A DNA stretch of 64,000 bases from Gammaproteobacteria bacterium. GTDB taxonomy: Bacteria; Pseudomonadota; Gammaproteobacteria; Eutrophobiales; Eutrophobiaceae. The stretch spans positions 1,856,001-1,920,000 of the forward strand of contig CBDCDS010000003.1 in assembly GCA_965215365.1 (NCBI GenBank), in the 5' to 3' direction. Positions 53,402 through 62,673 of the stretch are shown in pieces; within the stretch, counting starts at the first letter, position 1; every line of letters starts with the position of its first letter. Under the pieces are notes generated by a model that saw only the letters and a program-made list of their open reading frames with translations, was not told the DNA's origin and did not search any database. The position numbers and the translations under genes are program-made.

Positions 53402-54580
53402 TTACTCCCTGTCAATTGGCTTGTATTCAATAGTACGAGCATTACGGTCTCCAACCACGATACCACCATTGTGTTTTCGAACTTGTCTAAAGACTTTATA
53501 CCCTTCAAGAATAGCCTGCTCCCATAGCTTGAGAGGACAATTTTCTACTTCGTATCCCTGTATAAATTGCTTTACTGTTTTTAGCAGGTCAAATGAGATA
53601 CTGTCATGGTCTTCAAAAAATTTAAGATGTTTAGCGCATGAAAATATCCATGCAGTAAGCCCTTCTTCCACTACAATTGCCCGTCCACCATCTTGAGCCT
53701 CATCGTACTTGCGATCACTTCTGCGCTTCCGCTTTATAAGTCTCCGAAAGGTCGGCGACCAGTGCAGAATTGCCGCATGTGCAAAGTGAAAAACATCATG
53801 GAAGCGATAATCGTCTGGATCAAGAATACTGTCCGTAAGTGGCTCTCCAATGAAGACATCATTCCATTGCATGTCACTTTGTCCACTTTTCCTTTGTGTA
53901 ATTTTGATCTCGAATTGTGCGGGCAGCCTTTCCTCGTCTGGAAATTTGCTATCAAAAGTTGGTAAATCTGAATCAACCGGATCGAGAAAACGTCCGCGTG
54001 TTTTCTCAATATTCATCCGAGCAATTTTTGAAAAGCTTACCCCTGCCGCTTGAAGTGCCTGCAGGTAATGATCTGCGAATTTTATCAGCAAGTCGCGTGT
54101 GTTATCATTTGGGCTTTCTATAACAAGCAATGCCGTCATTGCTTTACCCAGGTTCAGCAGGGTCTCATCAAGCGCGGGTAATTGACTGACCGACGAAATA
54201 TGAGAAACCGGACCATCCGGTAAATCGCTTGCTGCAATACACCTGTCGTATTTGTCATGGTTTGACACGTTGGAAAAAATATTGTCAACGCCCATGCCGA
54301 GGCGTCGACACAATGTAGTGAAGTACCAAAGGGCATCACCGAACTCCTCCTCAACAGCTTGTTGATAGCCAGCGTATGCCTCCTCTTCCCTAGTGTACTT
54401 CTTGGTAGTCGCCATAATGCCACCGACTTCACCAAACAGGCCCATCAGTACCGGATTAAGGTTGTCGATTGGAAGTTTATCAGTCGGTTCGACCTCTCGC
54501 ATGTAATCGTGCAAGAGTATTGTGCCTTCGGATGACGGCTTGTTTAGCGGGCCTTTTTTGTTAACAAGCTCGACAATCAT
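53402..54580 (-). CDS. MazG-type NTP pyrophosphohydrolase with a MazG C-terminal domain
   Basis: GLFGEVGG..EEFGDALWY; C-terminal YRFHDVFH..WSP..KRKR.S..DEAQDGGRA..EEG; ATG 54580 overlaps the upstream stop (ATGA). Confidence 0.82.
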   Translation of the reverse strand: MIVELVNKKGPLNKPSSEGTILLHDYMREVEPTDKLPIDNLNPVLMGLFGEVGGIMATTKKYTREEEAYAGYQQAVEEEFGDALWYFTTLCRRLGMGVDNIFSNVSNHDKYDRCIAASDLPDGPVSHISSVSQLPALDETLLNLGKAMTALLVIESPNDNTRDLLIKFADHYLQALQAAGVSFSKIARMNIEKTRGRFLDPVDSDLPTFDSKFPDEERLPAQFEIKITQRKSGQSDMQWNDVFIGEPLTDSILDPDDYRFHDVFHFAHAAILHWSPTFRRLIKRKRRSDRKYDEAQDGGRAIVVEEGLTAWIFSCAKHLKFFEDHDSISFDLLKTVKQFIQGYEVENCPLKLWEQAILEGYKVFRQVRKHNGGIVVGDRNARTIEYKPIDRE

Positions 54581-55209
54581 GGTACCGTCGGCCAGTCTAA
54601 AGGTTCCCCAAGATAACCGCTTGCGTCCAGAGTACTGAACCAATTAAGAAAATCACTGACCAGTTCTTTGGGAAAGCGGCATTTGTGATTCCGTAGAGCA
54701 AAAACATCAACTCCATAGTCCTCGCTGAATTGTCGAGGTATTTCAGGCCCTGATCCGCCCCAGTACGCATACACCGTACTGAGCAAGACTCTATCCACCT
54801 GGGTATCGTTTTTAATGTTGTGCGGATTAGGTACACCGCCTCGGTAACTGTGATGAGAATCCTGTTGCTGCCATTGACCAAAATCGTCTTGAAAATAGAT
54901 ATTGTCACCGAACGCCTGCTTCAGACTGCCACTTAGGTTTGGCTTTTTCCGCTGAAACCGCTTGTTTTTCCAGTACTCATCAAACGCCACAGCTTCCGTT
55001 ACACACATGACGTAAACGAGGCATCTTTGCCTCCCTTTTAGTTTGCTGCCAGTGCCAACGATCCAATCTCCGATAGAGGCTGTCTTTCGAATTCTCGGTT
55101 TGCACGTAGCCAACGAACATATTCCAAAAAATGGATTGGGCGCAAAACTGTAGTCGCGAGCAACGACATAAGAAAAAAGCCTTACATCTGTTTTCTTAAC
55201 CGCAGTCAT
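54577..55209 (-). CDS. Nmad2-like (nucleotide modification associated domain 2) protein
   Basis: SYVVARDY.FAPNPF.G.C.LATCKP.IR..GDWIVG..GDNIY..SHH. Confidence 0.75.
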   Translation of the reverse strand: MTAVKKTDVRLFSYVVARDYSFAPNPFFGICSLATCKPRIRKTASIGDWIVGTGSKLKGRQRCLVYVMCVTEAVAFDEYWKNKRFQRKKPNLSGSLKQAFGDNIYFQDDFGQWQQQDSHHSYRGGVPNPHNIKNDTQVDRVLLSTVYAYWGGSGPEIPRQFSEDYGVDVFALRNHKCRFPKELVSDFLNWFSTLDASGYLGEPLDWPTVP

Positions 55210-55672
55210 ACCGTTCAATATTACGCGGGGCACGATCTGTGCCATCTGGATTTTGCCAACCATCAATTTGACCATTTATGGCGTCAATAATGTGATTGCC
55301 TGTCCAACCAACCACAGCGTCAGCATACTTGTTCAATGCTTCCGGTACTTCGCACCCATTCTCGCCGTGCGCCCATACCCCCACAATTCGTTTGTCTTGT
55401 TTCTGAGCGTAGTCGATTTCCCAATTAACGTATTTGCTGTCCTTGGTTTCAGGGGAAATATAAACTACTAACGTACTCGATTGCTTAATACGTGGCGCTA
55501 AAATTTGAGACTTGATGTAATCTTCAGAATGGGCGTTGTTAGGATTATCTGAATTTATAGAATAGTCTCGAATCGTCATTCCGTGGTTGCTCAAAAGACT
55601 CTTGAGTTTGCCCAAACCATCATCATTTTCGTGGATATGACTTATGAAAATGTTTTTTATCTCATCTACCAT
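55196..55672 (-). CDS. TIR-domain protein (ThsB/DUF1863-like)
   Basis: IFISH..D, LVVYIS..T..S.YVNWEI.YA; catalytic Glu present. Confidence 0.85.
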   Translation of the reverse strand: MVDEIKNIFISHIHENDDGLGKLKSLLSNHGMTIRDYSINSDNPNNAHSEDYIKSQILAPRIKQSSTLVVYISPETKDSKYVNWEIDYAQKQDKRIVGVWAHGENGCEVPEALNKYADAVVGWTGNHIIDAINGQIDGWQNPDGTDRAPRNIERYDCG

Positions 55673-55690
55673 TAAGTATCCCCCCTTGCT

Positions 55691-56230
55691 TTACTTAACC
55701 AAGTCATTCTCCTCTAAGTCAGTCAAATCTTCTACACTTGCAATATTTGCCAACAAGGAATTGTAGCTTCGTAATTCACCTTGCAAAATTTCCAGTTCAT
55801 CACGAAATTCCTTCCGTTTAGCCTGATGTTCAAAGGCCCCTGCCAGGCCCTCCTTATGCCATTTTGCGGTAAATGGCCGCACTATCTGGTTCAGCACTGG
55901 TATCGCAATCTTACTAAACTGTATTGCTTTACGCCCATGGCTGCGCAGAATCTCGCGAGTGATGGGGAAAAGTACGTAAACGCTGTCCAAGGCCGTCTTT
56001 TCATCTCCGGCATCAGACGGCAGGGGTTGGGTGACTATTCGCGTGAGCATCTCAATATAGAGTTCCCATGCGGCACTTTTGTCGGATTCCTCAAAAGTTA
56101 TCTCAGCATTAAAAAAGGCTAGATTAAGCTGAATTTTAGTCAAGCCGAATTTGCTCAAATATTCTTTTACGTTAAGCGTGTTTGTCATTTTTACACTAAA
56201 CCACTGGAAATATAAGAAAATTTCATCCAT
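55691..56230 (-). CDS. Hypothetical alpha-helical protein in the defence operon
   Basis: AAWELYIEMLTRI.TQPL..GDE..AL.SVY.LF..TREIL..VRPFTAKWH; start is 56230 or 56188. Confidence 0.7.
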   Translation of the reverse strand: MDEIFLYFQWFSVKMTNTLNVKEYLSKFGLTKIQLNLAFFNAEITFEESDKSAAWELYIEMLTRIVTQPLPSDAGDEKTALDSVYVLFPITREILRSHGRKAIQFSKIAIPVLNQIVRPFTAKWHKEGLAGAFEHQAKRKEFRDELEILQGELRSYNSLLANIASVEDLTDLEENDLVK

Positions 56231-57854
56231 CCCCCAGTGCCACGCCCATCATTCCAAAATGTTGAGCTATGGCATCCAATTTTTCCACCACTTCAGCATG
56301 TATTTCATCTTCTTTCATCTCCGCTGCAATTTGGTAGTAGTCCCTTTCTTTAATATCTATTCCAGCCTCTTGCATAAGATTGGAGAGCAATCTTTTTCCT
56401 TTGGTATCCTGTAAGAAGTCGGTGGTTTCAAATGGATCTTCGTATATCGCTTGGGGCAGTTGCCTTTTCATGTAATTATCAATCACCTGCGCTAGGTTTT
56501 TTCCTTTATTTTTTCCCACGAAACGCAAGATGGCCTGTGGATGGATGAGATAGTTTTCAATTTCGTAACGCTGCCAGCACAGACTTTTTATGCCGTCAGG
56601 GAGCGAACTATTTCTTGCCCCTTGATCGCCATCTCGTAACTCCACACCTCGAAAATCCGGAACACCCAAACGCATAGATGTGAAATGGTTTAATGGGAAC
56701 CCGTTTTTACCTCCCTCCTCGGCGGTCTCACGACAGAAGGGGCTTTCCAGGAATGACAACAAAGGATGTCCCAAAATCCTTGCCCATTCCCTGAGTATGT
56801 CTATGTCTGTTTTTCCTTCCGTGTATAAAATACCGGGCTCGGTCAGGGCAAGTATTATTTCCGTGTTCTCCAAGCGTAAAGTCCCCACCGCTTGGCGGCT
56901 GCTCACTTGCCGCAATTCACCGACACTTGTCAATATATGCAGGCTTTCTTTATCGGCAGCATTGATAATCTGTTCCGAGTGAGTCGCAATAATCAGTTGT
57001 GTGCCACTCTGACGGACATAGGCACGTAAATCCCGGTATATTTTCTCTTGTAGCAGGATATGCAGGTGCGCATCCGGTTCGTCGATAAGCAGCACTGAGA
57101 CTTTGTCGTGCAACAGACTTGTGTAGATGATTAGCACTTGCACAAAACCACTTGCAGCGCTGCTGAGGTCATACAACTGATCATGTTTCGTATGCTGGTA
57201 GCGTGCGAGTATTTTCGCGGTAGCGCTAGGAGTTGATAACTCGTAACCGAAAAACGTTCGGGCAACTTCCTGTAACTTTTTCCACTTTTGAGTATCCTGA
57301 CTCAAGGCAATCAGCAGATTGCGTAATATATCGCGCCCGAATCCCTCTGCCAGGAGGGTCCGGACTGCTTCGGGGGCCAGCAGGTATTCTTCTCGTTTAA
57401 TCAGGGAGACGGGCGGTATGTAAACTGGCGTGAGCGGGTTCTCATGATATTTTTCAAGATCATCCTCCTTCACGTCTTTGGTCGGGCGGGCGGCGATCAG
57501 TTCAGCCTCCTTATGCAAGATCTCAAAACCTATTTTCCATTGGTCAGTATGTATTGAGATAGAGGCGCCGGATTTTACATCCTTGTCTTTCCAAAAATGA
57601 TTAAAATCGGCCAAGGGTACCGAATGAAAGTGCAAGATGTTAAGGTTGACGGCGGTGTAGTTCCCGTCTTGTTCCCGCGCCAAGTCGTGGTTGTACTGTA
57701 TCCATTGAAGCGCTATTTCCGACCAGGCTGAGATAGCTTGCAACACCGTAGTTTTACCGGAATTGTTTGGCCCAGCTATGACGAGATGATCCGGCATCTC
57801 GAATTCCAGGTGCTCAAATTTTTTGATATTACGAATGATGACTTTGCGGATCAT
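56223..57854 (-). CDS. ABC-type ATPase plus TOPRIM (OLD-family-like) nuclease
   Basis: GPNNSGKT, ASG signature, LIDEPDAHLH, ATHS; TEGKTD and LRDGD TOPRIM motifs. Confidence 0.8.
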   Translation of the reverse strand: MIRKVIIRNIKKFEHLEFEMPDHLVIAGPNNSGKTTVLQAISAWSEIALQWIQYNHDLAREQDGNYTAVNLNILHFHSVPLADFNHFWKDKDVKSGASISIHTDQWKIGFEILHKEAELIAARPTKDVKEDDLEKYHENPLTPVYIPPVSLIKREEYLLAPEAVRTLLAEGFGRDILRNLLIALSQDTQKWKKLQEVARTFFGYELSTPSATAKILARYQHTKHDQLYDLSSAASGFVQVLIIYTSLLHDKVSVLLIDEPDAHLHILLQEKIYRDLRAYVRQSGTQLIIATHSEQIINAADKESLHILTSVGELRQVSSRQAVGTLRLENTEIILALTEPGILYTEGKTDIDILREWARILGHPLLSFLESPFCRETAEEGGKNGFPLNHFTSMRLGVPDFRGVELRDGDQGARNSSLPDGIKSLCWQRYEIENYLIHPQAILRFVGKNKGKNLAQVIDNYMKRQLPQAIYEDPFETTDFLQDTKGKRLLSNLMQEAGIDIKERDYYQIAAEMKEDEIHAEVVEKLDAIAQHFGMMGVALGDG

Positions 57855-58209
57855 GTTTGTTTTTCTCCGGGACAAAAAGTGGTGGAGTTTTACTCCATAC
57901 AATGTGACCTTGTCTCAGCCAGTAATGACACCGGCACGGCAGGCCGGTAACGTGCACTGATGGAAATAGTGATATATGTCTGTTCGGGTGTTCGGTTATA
58001 CGCCATTTTTTGTGCACGTCAGGTGATACGTCCAGATTTACAACCTGCCGGCAGGCCTGCCGGGGACAAACAATGGCTGCATAGAACGGATATTTACGTC
58101 CGCCAACGATATACACTGTATTTTTAGCGAGATTCTCAGGCAGGTCTTCTACCCACTCAGTGTGGTAAGGATGAAATCGCGCCCATAAATTGAATAACCA
58201 CCTAATCAT
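57829..58209 (-). CDS. DUF6527-like Cys/His-rich protein
   Basis: CPRQAC..W..SLFPSV..CRCHYWLR.G.I.W. Confidence 0.72.
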   Translation of the reverse strand: MIRWLFNLWARFHPYHTEWVEDLPENLAKNTVYIVGGRKYPFYAAIVCPRQACRQVVNLDVSPDVHKKWRITEHPNRHISLFPSVHVTGLPCRCHYWLRQGHIVWSKTPPLFVPEKNKHDPQSHHS

Positions 58210-59593
58210 GATTGATATTATTTTTTACGAGCAAGCTCTTGTCACCTGTTCCTGTATAGCGTTTGAACAAGGGGTGTGGTTCGCCTGTGTCAATGTCGTT
58301 TTCATAGCACCCATGCACTAGGCGAAACCGCTGAGTGCCAAACTCATGGTTGTCGTCAAAACGGTAGGTATGAATACGGGCCAGAAAATCATTAAACGCC
58401 ATGCAGGCTGCCTGCATATTTATCGACATTACGGCTGGTTGCTCGTCGCCCACTGCTGCCAGGTATCCGGCCGCTTGCTGTCTCTGGTGATGATCCGGTG
58501 CGTTTCGCTGCCAGTTTTCAGCTGTGACCTGCTCCATGGTATAAGCGCCGCGTGACAGTAAGCTACCGCCTTCCGGATGGATGAAGTGTGAGACTGCATC
58601 AGCGTTCGTAATGTTTCCTGTACCATCGGCCTCAAGGTGTACCCCAACATCGAAATACGGAATCAGGTAAGCGCTAGCCAGACAATCCAGGTGATACCTG
58701 CCAAAGGCTGAATCCACGCAACCGAAAATAACATCACAATCTATCAATGCTGCAACGACATCAGGTGAATCCGTTAAGGCATGATAGGTATCCACCTTGG
58801 TTCCCATTCCGATTTTCTGAATTGCTTGTTTGAGGGCTGAAACCTTCGGTTGTCGCCTTTTAGCGCCATCCGTGGTGCTGTTGACAATTCGATTCAGGTT
58901 TTTTTCTTCCAGCGTATCACCATCCGCAATGACCAGCTCCCCCACGCAATTACGTGTTAACAACTCAATAATGATACTACCGGTCCCGGAACATCCGACC
59001 ACTGCCACCTTCAGGGAGCGCAGTAAATTTAAGGTTTTACTACCGAAAGTCTGTGACAACTTTTTTTGATATGCCGTGTTCCCTTCCTGTTTCTCCGGTT
59101 TCCAGATACGAATATCGTTACCGACTACAGAAACAGACTCCAGTTCAGAAAACTCTCCATTGACATCCACTGTTCGCGCCCGGATTGCACCATCGGGCAG
59201 CATTATAGCCGCCCCGTTCAGACGGTCATCGTCGAACCAGTTGCAAACTGACGCAAATAACTCCCGGTCGTTTTGGTTGTCAATCTCTGAAAATAATCCG
59301 TATCCGTTCGGGTGTGAATGAATGGTTATTATGGACTGACCGAGTCGATCAATATCGCTGATCTTTTCCGGCGTCAGGTAATCTTCAAAAGGCCAGGATA
59401 TCAACCTGCTCTTTCTTTGCGATCGAGTGTGGGGCAGGCACAAAATTTCCGAAACGATAAGGCGCTGGCAGCGCTTCCCTGAACCTTGGTTGCAAAGCAA
59501 AACGGCCGCCGCTTCCAGCCCGTCACCCGGGAAAAGATATTCGAAGACCGTCTCGTGGCGACGTTCAGTCATCACCAAAGAGACGGGTTTCAT
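58202..59593 (-). CDS. JAB peptidase-ThiF/E1 fusion
   Basis: E..HSH-x7-S-x2-D JAMM motif; VVGCSGTGS, D.D.LEEKNLNR, GCVD. Confidence 0.88.
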   Translation of the reverse strand: MKPVSLVMTERRHETVFEYLFPGDGLEAAAVLLCNQGSGKRCQRLIVSEILCLPHTRSQRKSRLISWPFEDYLTPEKISDIDRLGQSIITIHSHPNGYGLFSEIDNQNDRELFASVCNWFDDDRLNGAAIMLPDGAIRARTVDVNGEFSELESVSVVGNDIRIWKPEKQEGNTAYQKKLSQTFGSKTLNLLRSLKVAVVGCSGTGSIIIELLTRNCVGELVIADGDTLEEKNLNRIVNSTTDGAKRRQPKVSALKQAIQKIGMGTKVDTYHALTDSPDVVAALIDCDVIFGCVDSAFGRYHLDCLASAYLIPYFDVGVHLEADGTGNITNADAVSHFIHPEGGSLLSRGAYTMEQVTAENWQRNAPDHHQRQQAAGYLAAVGDEQPAVMSINMQAACMAFNDFLARIHTYRFDDNHEFGTQRFRLVHGCYENDIDTGEPHPLFKRYTGTGDKSLLVKNNINHD

Positions 59594-60714
59594 TACCTTA
59601 CCTCGTTTTCTATCTCGTTTCTGACGCGCTCAACATGTTTCCAGAGACAGTCTTCGCCGGCTTTCCACTCATAATGCCGGGACCAGCGCTGCCAGGTTTG
59701 ACCAAAATGGTCTTCGGAGGCCAGCGCGTTGATTGGACTGCCATCCGATTTATTAAGCGGTGGGTCAAAATAAAACATGTCCAATGCCGAAGCGGGATAA
59801 CCGCTTGGGATAAGTATCATCAATGTTGTTTGCGCTATAGTGTAGCCAGCCAAGATGGAAAATTCTCTGATAAGCAGGCCGTGTTTTCCGTTACCCTCCG
59901 TTATTTTCTGCCACTTGGAAGAATAGTTTGCGTCCAGATATTCAGTATCCTCCGGCAGTAATTCATAAGGGTCAACATCACCTTGCTGGGCTTGTCGCCG
60001 GACAGTTTCAAAGCGCTCAATGCCCGGCTGAGCCAAATCAACCTTTGTATCAGCCTCGATTCTTTCTCTTTTGCCACCACACAACTTTTGATTGAGAGAC
60101 CACTCACCGACACTTTTTTGAACTAATGCCAGAATATCACCTCCGCTGATTTCAGCGGAAGGTACGATGTGTTTTTCACCATCAATACGGATACGATATT
60201 TTTTTCCCTTGGGTGGGCGGCGTTTATGTTTGCCGCATTTTTCAATGTCGATGGAGTCATCATCATCCTCATCGGCGGGAGGAATGACAAAGTATGAATC
60301 CTTATCCTGGACAACAATGATCATGTCGTCCGGAATTTCCACGTCAACACCGTCTTTTATATCAGCGAACAAGCGTCCGTCAGGAAATTTGTCATCTCGT
60401 TCTTTAAGAGCTTTGCCACTGATTTTTGCGGTCGGTAACTCTAATTCGTGGGAACCGTTAAACTCCGGTTGCACACCATTACGCAACCGCGGATTATTTT
60501 CGATAGAATTTTCCCCGGTGACGAACTTTTCACCGCCATGGATTAACAGGTTTTCTTCCGGCAAGAGCGGGATGTCTATACCGTCTTCCCGGTTTAGAAA
60601 AACTCGATTTTCACCGCACGCCGCAATTTCATAAAGCGTAGCGACAGAAACAAGTCCCGCGTGAACTTGCTGTTCTCGACCGTTGATTTGAACGTTCATT
60701 TTCATAGCGCCCAT
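59593..60714 (-). CDS. Multi-ubiquitin (3 Ubl) plus prokaryotic E2-like fusion
   Basis: Three beta-grasp-like repeats (VQING.., EFNG.., IRIDG..ERF) ending QQG, then LAGY..IPSGYP..LDMFYFDPPL..WQRWSRH. Confidence 0.8.
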   Translation of the reverse strand: MGAMKMNVQINGREQQVHAGLVSVATLYEIAACGENRVFLNREDGIDIPLLPEENLLIHGGEKFVTGENSIENNPRLRNGVQPEFNGSHELELPTAKISGKALKERDDKFPDGRLFADIKDGVDVEIPDDMIIVVQDKDSYFVIPPADEDDDDSIDIEKCGKHKRRPPKGKKYRIRIDGEKHIVPSAEISGGDILALVQKSVGEWSLNQKLCGGKRERIEADTKVDLAQPGIERFETVRRQAQQGDVDPYELLPEDTEYLDANYSSKWQKITEGNGKHGLLIREFSILAGYTIAQTTLMILIPSGYPASALDMFYFDPPLNKSDGSPINALASEDHFGQTWQRWSRHYEWKAGEDCLWKHVERVRNEIENEVR

Positions 60715-60950
60715 ATTAACTGCTCGCCCTCCGTTTGTCATTCCTGCTCTAATCCACACGGCAACCCCGCCGTGAACGCCCCCCCTTGCCCAACTTGCGG
60801 CAACACCATGACACTACCAGGATAACGCTGGATGAACCCACCAAAAAGGGATAAAAAGGTCGCCATGCCGGCCGTTTCCAGACAGCAATGGCGGATTCCA
60901 TTGCTATAATATAGAGCAGCCTATATAAACGTAGTATGTCGGCTCAATAA

Positions 60951-61985
60951 TCACCTTGGTGAGATATGCGGGTTAGCGTGTTCCTGCTGCACATCCGGCA
61001 GCAAATTACTTTGGGCTGGAGGAGTGGGTGTCGTGGCAGCGCCACGCTGAAAAACAGCATTGAGATCGTCTGCATCTGCTGGATTCGGCCATGGCATAGC
61101 GCCCTTGTCTTTAAGCGCCTCCAGACTTTTGGAGAAGCCACCGTTTGAGCGCACAAAAACCGGCACTAAGTGCAGCTTTTCCAACTGCTCTGTCGCTCCG
61201 GTCCAGGTGCCACCTTTGCTTATCTCCGCGTTTACCACTAGGGCCGCGTCTGCCAAGGCGTAGATGACTTTGTTGCGTTGCATTGCGTGGCCGGGGTTAA
61301 AACCTGAGTTCGGGTCGTAGGGTGAGATCAAGACGAGCTGGCCTTCAAGTAGTCGGTTTCGATTGTCACGTTTCATTATCGTTTTTTCAAGGCTGTCCGC
61401 GAGAATGCCTGTGACTCTACCTCCCGCCTGTAATGCGCCGGACATGGCCGACTGGTCAATACCCCTTGCTCCACCGGAGACTACAGTCCGGCCGGCCTTT
61501 GCCGATAATCGGCCGACTTCCTGAGTGTATTCGAGTAGTGAGCCACTCACGTTTCGTGAACCTACAACCGCCAATCCTCCACTGTTAAGTAGCTCTCGGT
61601 CTCCACAACCATACAGCAGGCTCGGCGAGTTTTTCTTAAGCCGGTCTTTCAGTCTTTTTGGATAACCATTATCAGCGCGACTGACCACCCAAATTGCCCT
61701 TGTATGCCAGTGTTCGACCGCTTGACTCAACAGAAAACCTCGGTCCAGCAAACGCCTGATCCGGTCTTCGTCAAGTATGTGGCGAGAGTCCATGAGAACT
61801 TGATCCGCTTCCGAACCCAGTAAATCCGCTGGTTGCCTGCTTGTCTCCTGGAGATGGCAGGCGAGTTTTGTATATTCTCCCGGCTTGAGCAGGTCATTGG
61901 ATTCATTGCCTTTACCGCGGCCTAGGATCAAGGGCGCAGTCAACAGCAGAATCGCCTTGGTGTTCAGGGAAAGTGTTTCATTCAT
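60951..61985 (-). CDS. DprA/Smf-family protein (3' end altered by a MITE end)
   Basis: [39 protein letters not shown]. Confidence 0.85.
   Translation of the reverse strand: MNETLSLNTKAILLLTAPLILGRGKGNESNDLLKPGEYTKLACHLQETSRQPADLLGSEADQVLMDSRHILDEDRIRRLLDRGFLLSQAVEHWHTRAIWVVSRADNGYPKRLKDRLKKNSPSLLYGCGDRELLNSGGLAVVGSRNVSGSLLEYTQEVGRLSAKAGRTVVSGGARGIDQSAMSGALQAGGRVTGILADSLEKTIMKRDNRNRLLEGQLVLISPYDPNSGFNPGHAMQRNKVIYALADAALVVNAEISKGGTWTGATEQLEKLHLVPVFVRSNGGFSKSLEALKDKGAMPWPNPADADDLNAVFQRGAATTPTPPAQSNLLPDVQQEHANPHISPR
60955..60972. repeat. Solo end of the same MITE family
   Basis: CTTGGTGAGATATGCGGG, identical to the right end of the array units. Confidence 0.65.
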
Positions 61986-61987
61986 CG

Positions 61988-62673
61988 TCAGTTTCCCACC
62001 TGGGCGAGCGCCAACGGCCACACCTCTCCGCAATGATTTGAACGGAGCAGCCAGGTTGCAGTAGTTAAAGTCCAGCGTGAGTCTACCATATCGTCCACGA
62101 GCAGCAATGGCCTACCAATCAATACCTCATCGGTCAGCGCCATAGAACCGTCAACATTACGAGCCTGTTGAGCGCTGTTCTTCATTGTCTTTTGTTCCGG
62201 GCGGTCCTCTGTCTTGATTAACACCTGCCTGAAAGGAAGGCCGAAGGATTCGGCCAAGCGTCGGGCGAAATCGGCCACCAGATGTGGATGTCGTATTGAA
62301 GGAACGCAAGTTACCCATTCCGGGAAGGGCCTGGGGTTCCATTTTTCGATCAATTTGTGACAAGCATCTACCAGTTCATCGGAGAAGTATCCATCATGAT
62401 ATTTCCCTTGTCGTACTAATCTACCCCAACCGGCGTCGCCCCAAACACAAAGTGCCTTGCCGGGTTGAGGCTGCAGATCAGAAGCTATTCGCCCGGATAA
62501 GTTGTAATACTGTAGCCCTCCCGGTGGCCACTTCTTTCTCGGCTCGAACGGCAGACTCGTGCGCCGCAGGAAAGCGACCGCTGCGCGAACCAACGCCGCA
62601 TCCGGTTTCATCGCAAGAGCGGGCAGGCCTTGCGCCGGGGTATTATCCGGTTGCCCATCCAGTGCTTGAATAA
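61988..62673 (-). pseudogene. C-terminal PRTase part of a RecQ-like helicase, truncated by IS1634
   Basis: [45 protein letters not shown]-binding loop; the RecQ assignment is inferred from the usual architecture. Confidence 0.7.

Noticed and set aside
55196-55672. Canonical Thoeris system
   Set aside because: No ThsA-type effector is present in the window.
56223-57854. Gabija or CBASS assignment for the island
   Set aside because: No adjacent UvrD (GajB) and no CD-NTase; the UvrD fragment at 31.6 kb is distant and truncated.
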